Part shown: piece after piece, positions 28,024 to 36,809 of the stretch | Layout of the letters: every line of letters starts with the position of its first letter | Numbering within the stretch: position 1 is the first letter of the stretch | Assembly: GCA_041494685.1 (NCBI GenBank) | Contig: JBGQBE010000025.1 | Span: 1-42,310, forward strand | Direction of reading: 5' to 3' | DNA length: 42,310 bases | From: Dehalococcoidia bacterium | Lineage (GTDB): Bacteria > Chloroflexota > Dehalococcoidia > DSTF01 > JACRBR01 | Translations under genes and position numbers: made by a program | Notes under the pieces: generated by a model | The model's input: the letters and a program-made list of their open reading frames with translations, nothing else | What the model was told of the DNA's origin: nothing | Databases searched by the model: none

Positions 28024-29529
28024 ATGAACAAGTTCGAGGTCATCAAGCGTGAAGCAGACGGGCTCGATGTCCTGCGGCGCATCTACGAGCATGCAACGGC
28101 GGAGACGCCTGCGTCTGACATCGCGGAAGACGACCTGGTGCGCATGAAATGGTACGGCGTCTTTCACCGGCAGCAATCGCCCGGGCTGTTCATGATGCGA
28201 TTGCGCACGCCGGGCGGCCGCCTCAGCAGCGCGCAGGCTGAAGCGATCGCTACGTCGGCGCGGGACTTCGGCCGCGGCGGCGTTGACATCACCACACGGC
28301 AGAACGTGCAGATTCGGGGGCTGGAGCTCCGCAACGTCCCGGAGGTGTGGCAGCGGCTGGAGCGCACGGGGATGACGAGCCTGCAGTCAGGCATGGACAA
28401 CGTACGCAACTACGTGGGCTGTCCGCTGGCAGGCCTCGATGCCGACGAGGTCTACGACACGACGCCGCTCCTCGCCGAGATCGGCAGGATGCACCTGGGG
28501 AAGCGCGAGTACAGCAACCTGCCGCGCAAGTTCAACGTTTCGCTGGCCGGCTGCCGCGACGACTGCGGGCATGCCGTCGCGCACGACCTGGGATTCGTGC
28601 CGGCGACGCGAAACGTCGGCGGCACGCCGACGGTCGGTTTCAACGTGCTCGTGGGGGGCGCGCTCGGCGGCACAAGCCCGCGCCTGGCGCGGCCGCTCGA
28701 CGTGTTCGTGCCGCCCGCGCAGGTGGCGCCGCTGTTCCTGGCGGTTCTGCGCGTGTTTCGGGACTATGGCCCGCGCGAGCAGCGCACGAAGGCCCGGCTG
28801 AAGTGGCTGATCGCGGAGCGCGGCGAGCCGTGGCTGCGGCGGGCCGTCGAGCAGGAGATGCGCTGCAGGTTGCTCCACGAGGGCAAGGACGAACGTGCAC
28901 GGACCGCAGGCGACCATCTGGGCGTCCACCGACAGCGGCAGCCGGGGCTGTACTACGTGGGCCTGCACGTGCCCGTTGGACGGATCAGCGTCGACCAGAT
29001 GCTGGAGCTGGCACGGCTTGCGCGGGTCCACGGCGACGGAGACATCCGCCTTACGGTGAGCCAGAACGCGATCATCGCCGGCGTGCCTGAGGAGCGGCTC
29101 AATCACCTGCTGCGTCAACCGCTGCTGCAAGAGCTGCGTCCGAACCCGCGGCCGTTCTGGACCAACCTCGTCGCCTGCACCGGCATCGACTACTGCCACT
29201 ACTCGCTCATCGACACGAAGGACCGGGCCGTCGAGCTGGTGACCGAGTTGGAGCGACGTGGCGTGCAGGTCCCTGACGACACACGCATCCACATCTCGGG
29301 CTGCGTGCATGCGTGTGGGAAACACCATGTCGCCGACGTCGGGATTCAAGGCGCGAACGTGCGCATCGACAACGAGGTCGTCGAAGCCGCTGACATCTAC
29401 ACCGGGGGCAGCTTGCAGGGTGAGGGGCGTCTTGCCCAGCGCATGGCCGAAAAGGTCCCGATGACGGAGCTGGCCGACGCGATCTCGGCGCTGTTCGCCG
29501 AACGCGTGCCGCAGGAGGTGGCGCTGTGA
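28024..29529 (+). CDS. nirA: Ferredoxin-nitrite reductase (siroheme, 4Fe-4S)
   Basis: KWYG, FMMRLR, TTRQN, SGMDNVRN, NLPRKFN, CTGIDYC and SGCVHACG motifs; adjacent to narK; start ATG 28024. Confidence 0.9.
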   Translation: MNKFEVIKREADGLDVLRRIYEHATAETPASDIAEDDLVRMKWYGVFHRQQSPGLFMMRLRTPGGRLSSAQAEAIATSARDFGRGGVDITTRQNVQIRGLELRNVPEVWQRLERTGMTSLQSGMDNVRNYVGCPLAGLDADEVYDTTPLLAEIGRMHLGKREYSNLPRKFNVSLAGCRDDCGHAVAHDLGFVPATRNVGGTPTVGFNVLVGGALGGTSPRLARPLDVFVPPAQVAPLFLAVLRVFRDYGPREQRTKARLKWLIAERGEPWLRRAVEQEMRCRLLHEGKDERARTAGDHLGVHRQRQPGLYYVGLHVPVGRISVDQMLELARLARVHGDGDIRLTVSQNAIIAGVPEERLNHLLRQPLLQELRPNPRPFWTNLVACTGIDYCHYSLIDTKDRAVELVTELERRGVQVPDDTRIHISGCVHACGKHHVADVGIQGANVRIDNEVVEAADIYTGGSLQGEGRLAQRMAEKVPMTELADAISALFAERVPQEVAL

Positions 29530-30782
29530 ACCACAACGTGGATGTGAACCCCCAGCGGGGGAACCCGCGCGTCTTGTTCGCGTCGTTCCTGTACTTCGAC
29601 TCGAGCTTCATGACCTGGGTGCTCCTGGGCGCGCTTGGCAACTTCGTCGCGTCGGACCTCGGGCTGGGCGGCGCAATGAAAGGAGTGGTGGTGGCGCTGC
29701 CGGTGCTGACGGGCGCCGCGCTGCGCCCCGTCATGGGGTTGGCGACGGATCGGTTCGGCGGCCGCCGCGTGGGGCTGGCCGGCATGGCGCTCACGCTGGT
29801 GCCCCTCGCCATAGCATGGCTGTTCGCCGACCATCTGCCGGTGTTGCTGTGCGCTGGTGTCATGCTGGGCGTCGCCGGCGGGAGCTTCGCGGTCGCGATC
29901 CCGCTGGCCAGCCGCTGGTACCCGCCCGAGAGGCAGGGACTTGTCCTCGGCATCGCCGGCGCCGGTAACAGCGGCACCGTCCTGGCTTCGCTGCTTGCGC
30001 CGCGGTTCGCCGAGATGTGGGGCTGGCAGAACGTCTTCGGGCTGGCGATGCTCCCGATCTTGCTCGCGATGGCTGTCTTCGCAGCGTGGGCCAAGGACGC
30101 GCCCGTGAGGCCGCCCCGGCGCACCGTCGCCGACTACAGCCGGATCGCACGCCAGCCGCGCACGCTCGAGCTGTGCGGCTACTACGCTGTTACGTTCGGC
30201 GGGTTCGTCGGATTCGCGAGCTATCTGGCGATCCTGCTGCACGACGCGCAGGGGCTGGACAAGGTGAGTGCCGGCGACCTGACGGCGGCGGGTGTCCTCG
30301 CAGGCAGCCTCGCGCGTCCGATCGGCGGACTGCTGGCCGACCGTTTCGATGGCACGCGCGTGCTGGCCGTGGTCTTCGCCGGGGTCGCCGTGCTGATGTT
30401 CGCCGCGAGCCGCGCGCCGGCCGCGACATCGAGCATCGCTGTACTCATTGCGGCCATGATGCTGCTGGGTGCAGGCAACGGGGCAGTGTTCCATCTCGTG
30501 CCGCGGCGCTTCCCGCGCGATGTCGGCATCGTCACCGGTCTGGCCGGCGCATCCGGCGGGCTGCTCGGGTTCCTACTACCCTTTGCGTTGGGGATGACAC
30601 ACCAGGCGACAGGGTCGTACTCCCTTGGATTCGTGCTGCTCGCCGGGACCGCCGCGCTCGGGCTGGCCATGGCCGTCGCGCGAGGAAGCATTGGGCGGTC
30701 CGGCGAAGCGGCGCCCGTTGTCCACCACACCCCGCCTGCCCTCGCGCACATGCCGGAAACACTGGAGACGACGACCGTATGA
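29526..30782 (+). CDS. narK: Nitrate/nitrite MFS transporter (NarK/NasA, NNP family)
   Basis: GVAGGSFAVAIPLASRWYP, GIAGAGNSG and GAGNGAVF nitrate-signature motifs; GTGA overlap with nirA. Confidence 0.88.
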   Translation: MNHNVDVNPQRGNPRVLFASFLYFDSSFMTWVLLGALGNFVASDLGLGGAMKGVVVALPVLTGAALRPVMGLATDRFGGRRVGLAGMALTLVPLAIAWLFADHLPVLLCAGVMLGVAGGSFAVAIPLASRWYPPERQGLVLGIAGAGNSGTVLASLLAPRFAEMWGWQNVFGLAMLPILLAMAVFAAWAKDAPVRPPRRTVADYSRIARQPRTLELCGYYAVTFGGFVGFASYLAILLHDAQGLDKVSAGDLTAAGVLAGSLARPIGGLLADRFDGTRVLAVVFAGVAVLMFAASRAPAATSSIAVLIAAMMLLGAGNGAVFHLVPRRFPRDVGIVTGLAGASGGLLGFLLPFALGMTHQATGSYSLGFVLLAGTAALGLAMAVARGSIGRSGEAAPVVHHTPPALAHMPETLETTTV

Positions 30783-31453
30783 CTACGAGAGACTGCATCC
30801 GTCCGCCGAAGTTCGCCGACAAGTTCGCTGCCCTCGACTTCGAGGCCGAGCCGTTGCCAGTCATCTCCATGTTTCCAGAGCCGGAGCCGTGCGCACTCGA
30901 AGATATCTCGATCTTGATCCGCGGCGAGGACCTGAAGCCGCATACGCTTGGCTGGTGCGATCTGGCGTCGTTGCCCGAACGCGAACTCGAAGCGCCCTTG
31001 ATTTGCCAGATCTTCAACTGGTACGAGGTCGCGCGTTGGCGGGGTGTGCGCCTCCGCGACTTCCTCGACGCGCACGGGCTTGAGGCGCACCCGGAGGGCT
31101 TCTACGCATTCCACTCGCGCGACGGGCAGTATTTCGAAGTCCTTACGCGCGACGAGGCGCGCGACCCGCGCACGATGCTGGCCTTCGGGCTCAACGGCGG
31201 GCCCGTGCCGCAGGAATATGGCGGCCCCGTGCGCCTCGTCGTGCCGTTCCTGCAGGGGTACAAGAGCGTAAAATGGGTGGCGAGCATCCAGTCGTTTCGC
31301 CACGACCCGGCCGGTATCAAGCGCCTTCTTGGACAGAGCAAGAGCGGAGCGCTTGGGCAGGCGTGGGTAGAGCGGTTCGCGATCGAGCCAGCGGCTCGGT
31401 CGACGCGGCCGGCAGGCATGGCAGCCGCCGGCGTTCTGCGTTTGATCACGTGA
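30779..31453 (+). CDS. Sulfite-oxidase-family molybdopterin-binding protein, no signal peptide
   Basis: LICQIFNW (Mo-ligand Cys), WRGVRLRD, YGGPVRLVVPFLQGYKSVKWV; ATGA overlap with narK. Confidence 0.85.
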   Translation: MTTRDCIRPPKFADKFAALDFEAEPLPVISMFPEPEPCALEDISILIRGEDLKPHTLGWCDLASLPERELEAPLICQIFNWYEVARWRGVRLRDFLDAHGLEAHPEGFYAFHSRDGQYFEVLTRDEARDPRTMLAFGLNGGPVPQEYGGPVRLVVPFLQGYKSVKWVASIQSFRHDPAGIKRLLGQSKSGALGQAWVERFAIEPAARSTRPAGMAAAGVLRLIT

Positions 31454-31718
31454 CGGCAGTGGTCATCGCCGTGAGCCTCCCCGACTTTTCCGGACACCTG
31501 GACTGTGGCGAGCGAGTCGCCGGAGGGAACTTCACGTAGCGGGCCTTTTCGGGCTGGTGAAACTCGCACGCACCGACCGGGCGCCATCGCTTCAGCCCCT
31601 CATCGACGTGCCTCAGGAATTCATCCTCTGTAGTCATGAGATTAGCACCGGGTTAGCAAGCGGCCTGTCTGGCCCGCAGAAGAAGCCCTCTGTGGAGCCC
31701 CTTTCAGATCCTGTGTAG

Positions 31719-31794
31719 TGGCGCGCCCGGAGGGATTCGAACCCCCGACCCTCGGTTCCGAAGACCGATGCTCTATCCGCTGAGCTACGGGCGC
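31719..31794 (-). tRNA. tRNA-Arg(UCG)
   Basis: GCGCCCG acceptor stem, TCGGT-CT TCG GA-ACCGA anticodon arm, TTCGAAT T-loop, encoded CCA; extended -10 TGCTAGAAT upstream. Confidence 0.95.
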
Positions 31795-31849
31795 ACAGGC
31801 CGGCGAGATTCTAGCACAGCCGCATCCCGCGGCCGGGGCGCCAGGCGCC

Positions 31850-32848
31850 CTACTGCGCCGCCTTCTGCGTCTTCACCTGCACGTCGATCCGCGTGTACGT
31901 TTCGTCGCCCGCAAACGTGCTCGTCGTCACCTGCCCGCCGACGGTCTTCGCCGCGTCAGTGAAGGTCACCGCCTGCGCGTTCTTGAGCGTCGATTGAGAC
32001 GTGTCACCGTCCGCGACCGTAAGGCTCGCCTTGTTCAGCAGATCCTTGTAGAAGCTCACGACCGTGGCCGCGTCGTCCTTGGTGATGAACGACACCTGGT
32101 ACGTCGTCGCGCCCGACTGCTTCTGGAAACCCGTCTCGATGATCGTCGAGCCCGCGTACTGCGGCAGCGTGTCGCTAGGGTAGCCGCTGGGCAGCGCCTT
32201 GCCGCTGGGCGGCGCGAACGCCGGCTGCGTGATCGCCGACGCGCCCCCCGTCACCTGCACACTGTAGATGATCGTCGTCAGTGCGTCGTGCTTCGATTCG
32301 CCCGCCAGCACCAGCCCCGCGATGTTCGCATCGTCGATCTTGCTGAACTGGTGGACCGTCGAGTCCAGCCCGTCGTGCGTCAGGTCGATCTGCCACGGGT
32401 CCGCCGCCAACTGCTTGTCGAAGTACGCCGCCACCGTCGCGCGCTTGTCCGGCGTGTCGTATACCGCGAGATACGCCACGTCGTTGCCGTTGATCTGCAG
32501 GATCGACGACACGAGCCGCCCGCCCGGATACGTCGGCATACCCTTCGGATAGCCCGGCGGCAGCTGACCCTCGTACCGCGTCACGTTGGAGCCCTGGCTG
32601 AACGCCGCGATGATGCTGCTCACGTCCGCATTCGTGCGCGTCGCGCCGCCGCCGCCACCGCCGCCGACCAGCAACCACACCACCACCCCGACGATTACCG
32701 CCGGCACGACCGCCGCCAGCACCGCCGCGACCGGCGGCACGCCGCGCGACCCGCGGGCCGGCGCGTCATCGCCCGGCGCCGCGTCGCCGGCAGGTTGCTC
32801 CGCGGCGTCGTCCGGCGCTGCCTCGTTCGGGGTCTCGTCTTCGGACAC
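31850..32848 (-). CDS. Hypothetical membrane-anchored protein with two tandem extracytoplasmic domains
   Basis: Single TM; internal repeat LPPGYP..PTYPG..VAAYF versus LPSGYP..PQYAG..VVSFY; AAGGAG RBS. Confidence 0.75.
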   Translation of the reverse strand: MSEDETPNEAAPDDAAEQPAGDAAPGDDAPARGSRGVPPVAAVLAAVVPAVIVGVVVWLLVGGGGGGGATRTNADVSSIIAAFSQGSNVTRYEGQLPPGYPKGMPTYPGGRLVSSILQINGNDVAYLAVYDTPDKRATVAAYFDKQLAADPWQIDLTHDGLDSTVHQFSKIDDANIAGLVLAGESKHDALTTIIYSVQVTGGASAITQPAFAPPSGKALPSGYPSDTLPQYAGSTIIETGFQKQSGATTYQVSFITKDDAATVVSFYKDLLNKASLTVADGDTSQSTLKNAQAVTFTDAAKTVGGQVTTSTFAGDETYTRIDVQVKTQKAAQ

Positions 32849-32876
32849 GCGGGGCTCCTTCGGGTAGAGGGGAAAT

Positions 32877-32953
32877 TGGGGTGGACGGAGGGATTTGAAC
32901 CCTCGATCTCCAGGGCCACAACCTGGCGCCTTAACCGCTAGGCCACGCCCACC
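32877..32953 (-). tRNA. tRNA-His(GUG)
   Basis: Cloverleaf with CCAGG-TT GTG GC-CCTGG anticodon arm, encoded G-1, C73 and CCA. Confidence 0.95.
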
Positions 32954-33082
32954 ACGCAGGCCGCAACGGCGAGAAAAAAGCTCTGGGCAACAGCCGCAGA
33001 GCGCTCGTCACGCCATCCGGAACCTGCGGAAGTCTAGCAATCGGCGCGAAAGGCGGTCAAGGAGCACGCCTCGGAGCGCGCC

Positions 33083-33517
33083 CTACCGGCCCGTCGAGCC
33101 GTGGCCGCCGTCGCCGCGCACCGTGGCGCTCAGCTCGGCCGCCAGCACCACCCGCACCGGCGCAAGCTGCGCCACCACCATCTGCGCGATGCGGTCGCCG
33201 TCGCGCACCTCGTACGCGTCGAGGCCGCCGAAGGTCCACATCGTCACGAGCAGCTCCCCCCGGTAGTCGGCGTCGACCGTGCCCAGCGCCACGCCAACGC
33301 CTTTCGCCGAGAGCCCGGAGCGCGGCCGGACCTGCACGTCGTAGCCGGCCGGGAACTCGATCGCAATACCCGTGCCTACCCGCTGCGGCGCCGGCGTCAG
33401 CGTCAGCGGCGCGTCGAGGCAGGCGTACAGGTCGAACCCCGTCGCCGTCTCCGTCGCGCGCTCGGGTACGCGGGCGCCCGGGCGCAGTTGCAGGACGCGT
33501 AGTTCGATCATCTGCAT
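33083..33517 (-). CDS. dut: Trimeric dUTPase
   Basis: GFDL, RPRSGL, GTVDADYRGE, GDRIAQ and RGDGGHGSTG motifs; TACGT-like -10 (TACGCT) 7 bp before the ATG suggests a leaderless mRNA. Confidence 0.93.
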   Translation of the reverse strand: MQMIELRVLQLRPGARVPERATETATGFDLYACLDAPLTLTPAPQRVGTGIAIEFPAGYDVQVRPRSGLSAKGVGVALGTVDADYRGELLVTMWTFGGLDAYEVRDGDRIAQMVVAQLAPVRVVLAAELSATVRGDGGHGSTGR

Positions 33518-33635
33518 GCCGGCCAGCGTAGCAGCCCACCGCCAACAGCCAAGCTCCGCCCCGTTGACTCGGCTGCGCGCGTCAATGAGAATACGCTCGA
33601 GGGACAGGGACGCACCGCGCCGGAGGGCTCGCACG

Positions 33636-34925
33636 TTGAAATTCCGCGTCGCCGGAGCGTTCGCAACGGCCGTGATCGTCACCGCCGGCATCGCCCTCGC
33701 CATCGCGCTCCCGTCACGCGCCAACGCCGGCTCGCCCACGCCCACGCCTACGCGCACAGCGTCCGCCACGCCGAAAGCGCCGCCGCCCACGCCGACCCCC
33801 GCGCCGAGGCTCGCGCCTGCGCAAGGCCCCGGCATCATGCTGACCGACTGCGCCGGCGCCACGGCGGACTCCGCGCGGGCCATCGTCCTCTGGACGCCCT
33901 CCCGCGCAGGCACCCAGTGGCTCGACCTCAGCATCTTCAACAACGGCTTCGCGCCCGGCACCTTCATCAGCGCCGGCGCGTTCGACGCCGCGCGCTGGGG
34001 CTACATCTGGAACGGCCTGCGCGAGGGCGAGACGCACTTCGCGCGCGTCAACACGCTGACCTCCGCCGGCTGGCTGACGAGCCAGACGCTCGCGTTCTAC
34101 ACGCCCGTCTGTGACGGCCACACCGACGGCCCGCCGCCCGCACCGGACATGCTGCAACTGCGCAATGCACTGGCGGGCGCGGTGCAGTACTGGGACATCG
34201 ACGCCGCCATCGCGATCACGGATCTCCGGAGCGGCGAGACGATCGACGTCAACGGTGCTTCCGTCCGCCTGCCCGGATGCACCATCAACCTCTTCGCGTT
34301 GATGCGCGTCGTCGCGGACCTGCAGGACGGCAAATACCCGGAGTCCGACGTCGGCGACACCATCGCCCAGACGATCAACCGCTCCGACCCCATCCTCGCG
34401 CGGCGCTTGATGAAGGACGGCGTCGGCAGCGGCGACGTGACGCTCGGCATGACGCGCGTGAATACGTGGATGCAGGCCCTCGGCATGACTTCGACATTCA
34501 TGGACCATCCGCCCGCATACCCCGAAGAATCGCTGAGCGGCGACCCCGACACCGACAACCGCATCACCGCGCTCGACGTCAACCGCGGCCTTCGCGCGCT
34601 CTGGGACGGCCGCGCGCTGTCGCCGCCGTGGCGCGACTACCTGCTCCAGAAGATGACGCTGGTGAAGCCCGGCCTCAACTACCTGATCCCCGTCGGGACC
34701 AGCGGCGGCGTCACCGTCTCGCACAAGAACGGCTTCCTCTGGGCCGAGGGCTGGTCCGACAACGACATCGGCATCGTCTGGTACGAGCGCGGAGGCCAGC
34801 GCTTCGGCTACGCCATCTCGTACTACTCGCAGCACTTCACCGGCAAGTACGACGGCATACCCCTCGGCCAGCGCGTCTCCACGCTCGCGTTCCAGTGGTT
34901 CGTCGCCCGATACGGCTACCCCTAG
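33636..34925 (+). CDS. Secreted class-A beta-lactamase-fold (serine-hydrolase family) protein with atypical active site
   Basis: Signal peptide, PT linker, AITDLRSGE, PGCTINL at the SxxK position, SDP at SDN, HKNG at KTG, NDIGIV; GGAGG before TTG 33636. Confidence 0.75.
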   Translation: MKFRVAGAFATAVIVTAGIALAIALPSRANAGSPTPTPTRTASATPKAPPPTPTPAPRLAPAQGPGIMLTDCAGATADSARAIVLWTPSRAGTQWLDLSIFNNGFAPGTFISAGAFDAARWGYIWNGLREGETHFARVNTLTSAGWLTSQTLAFYTPVCDGHTDGPPPAPDMLQLRNALAGAVQYWDIDAAIAITDLRSGETIDVNGASVRLPGCTINLFALMRVVADLQDGKYPESDVGDTIAQTINRSDPILARRLMKDGVGSGDVTLGMTRVNTWMQALGMTSTFMDHPPAYPEESLSGDPDTDNRITALDVNRGLRALWDGRALSPPWRDYLLQKMTLVKPGLNYLIPVGTSGGVTVSHKNGFLWAEGWSDNDIGIVWYERGGQRFGYAISYYSQHFTGKYDGIPLGQRVSTLAFQWFVARYGYP

Positions 34926-35086
34926 CTACGTGCCTGGCAGCGCTCCTGCACCCCTGGCGCTCCGATCTCCGCGGCGCGGGCATTGAAGCCGATGCGCCCG
35001 TCGCGAAGCGTGTGGCACAGCCGTCCCCGGCTGTGCGTCCGGCGAAGCCGGAACCGGCCCGGCACGCCGTCTCACACCCGTAGCCG

Positions 35087-35809
35087 CTACGCCCGCCTCC
35101 GCCGCCGAAGCAGCCCCGCCGCCACCAACGCCGTCCCGCCCGCGATCGCCAGCGCGGCGCTCGGCCACCGCGCGCCTGCATCGCGCGTCCCGCCACCGCC
35201 CGCGCGGGGGAGCAACGCGCCGGCGACCGCGCCGCCCGACGGCGCCGTGGGGGTAACCTCCACGGCGCCGCCCGGTGCGGGCGGCGCGGGCGTCGGATCT
35301 GCCGCCGTGGGCGCCGGCGTGAGCGTGGCGGCCGGTGCGGTCGCCTCGGCCGTCCGCGTCTCGGTCGGCGTGCGCGTGCGCGTCGGCGTCGCCGCCACAG
35401 TCGTCGCCGTCGCGGGTGGCGTGTCCGTCGGCGTCGCGGCCGCCTCCACGACGACCGTGCCGATCATGCCGCTGCCCGGCGCGCCGTGTATCTCGCAGTG
35501 ATAGTGATAGGTGCCCGGCGTGCTGAACGTAAACTGGTACGTCTGCCCGGTCGTCAGGAACGACCCAGGCGACGAGAACGCGCCGTCGTCCGATGTCACG
35601 GTGTGCGGCGCAGCCCCGGTGACCGTCCACGTCACCGTATCGCCCGCCGTGATGGTGACGGACGCGGGCGAGAACGCGAGCGCGGCCGTCGCATCGACGC
35701 CCGCGTTCGCCGCGTGCGCCGCGCCGCCCCAACCCGCCATTGACACATTTGCCACAGCGGCCGCCAGCAGCGCCGCGCCCAGCGCGGCAATGTACTTCGT
35801 CCGGAGCAT
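35087..35809 (-). CDS. Plastocyanin/azurin-family cupredoxin with LPxAG-type C-terminal anchor
   Basis: PHTV...YHCEIH...M type-1 Cu ligands; PT linker; LPRAG + TM + RRRRR; GGAGG RBS. Confidence 0.88.
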   Translation of the reverse strand: MLRTKYIAALGAALLAAAVANVSMAGWGGAAHAANAGVDATAALAFSPASVTITAGDTVTWTVTGAAPHTVTSDDGAFSSPGSFLTTGQTYQFTFSTPGTYHYHCEIHGAPGSGMIGTVVVEAAATPTDTPPATATTVAATPTRTRTPTETRTAEATAPAATLTPAPTAADPTPAPPAPGGAVEVTPTAPSGGAVAGALLPRAGGGGTRDAGARWPSAALAIAGGTALVAAGLLRRRRRA

Positions 35810-35939
35810 GCGACCTCCTCTCGTCGTGCCCTGCATAGGTGCGGTTACAGAGGTGCTACGAACGGCCGCGCCGCGCGGATTGCCGCCCCGAGCGAGACGC
35901 CGATACAATTCCGCGGCGGAGTAGCGGCTGGAGGCGGAC

Positions 35940-36809
35940 GTGCGTGTACGAAAAGCGGTGGTGTTGGCGGCCGGCTACGGAACGCGGCTGCTCCCGGCCA
36001 CCAAGGCGCAGCCGAAGGAATCGCTCCATCTCGTCGACAAGCCGATCATCCAGTACACCGTCGAAGAGGCCGCCGCCGCCGGTCTGACCCAGGTGATCAT
36101 CGTCACCGCCGCCAGCAAGCGCGCCGTCGAGGACCACTTCGACCGCTCGCTCGAACTCGAGATGACGCTCCGCGACAAGGGCGACCTCACCCGCCTCGCC
36201 GAGATCCAGCGCATCTCCGAGCTCGCCGACATCGTCTACATCCGCCAGAAGGAGCAGAAGGGCGTCGGCCACGCTGTCCTCCAGGCCCGCGACGTCGTCG
36301 GTAACGAGCCCTTCGCGCTGCTCTTCCCCGACGACGTGCTCGTCGCCGACGTGCCCGTCACGAAGCAGATGGTGGACGTGTTCGAGGCGCGCGGCGGCTC
36401 GGTCATCGCCGTGCAGGAGGTGCCCGATTCCGAGGTCGAGAGCTACGGCATCGTCGGCGGCACCGACGTCGGCGGCCGCGTCATGCGGGTGAACGCGCTG
36501 GTCGAGAAGCCCCGGCTCGAAGACGCCCCCTCGCGGCTCGGCATCGTCGGCCGCTACGTGCTCACGCCGGAGATCTTCGACATCCTCGCCCGGACGCCGC
36601 CCGGCAAGGGTCGCGAAGTGCAGCTCACCGACGGCCTCGCGACGCTCATGGAGACGCAGCCCGTGTTCGCGTACCAGTTCGAAGGACGCCGCTACGACAC
36701 CGGCCGCCCCCTCGGCCTCCTCACCGCGGCCATCGAGATCGGCCTCAAGCGCGACGACATCGGACCCGGCCTGCGCCAGTTCTTGCGCACGCTGTCGCTC
36801 GAAGACTAG
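35940..36809 (+). CDS. galU: UTP-glucose-1-phosphate uridylyltransferase
   Basis: KAVVLAAGYGTRLLPATKAQPKE, VEKP, EVQLTD motifs. Confidence 0.95.
   Translation: MRVRKAVVLAAGYGTRLLPATKAQPKESLHLVDKPIIQYTVEEAAAAGLTQVIIVTAASKRAVEDHFDRSLELEMTLRDKGDLTRLAEIQRISELADIVYIRQKEQKGVGHAVLQARDVVGNEPFALLFPDDVLVADVPVTKQMVDVFEARGGSVIAVQEVPDSEVESYGIVGGTDVGGRVMRVNALVEKPRLEDAPSRLGIVGRYVLTPEIFDILARTPPGKGREVQLTDGLATLMETQPVFAYQFEGRRYDTGRPLGLLTAAIEIGLKRDDIGPGLRQFLRTLSLED

Larger units (their letters stand above)
479..31763. mobile_element. ~31.2 kb tRNA-Arg-integrated genomic island, probably immobilised
   Basis: Bounded by the 45-bp tRNA 3'-end direct repeat with a tyrosine recombinase next to the distal att. Cargo is accessory; no phage or conjugation genes are recognisable. 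Confidence 0.85.

Noticed and set aside
30017..30778. Long N-terminal extension of the Mo protein ORF
   Set aside because: It overlaps narK in another frame; the real start is ATG 30779, coupled to the narK stop.
30779..31453. MsrP (YedY) assignment
   Set aside because: No twin-arginine signal and no MsrQ neighbour; the context is nitrate assimilation.
479..31763. Prophage or conjugative element
   Set aside because: No structural, replication, relaxase or T4SS genes are recognisable.
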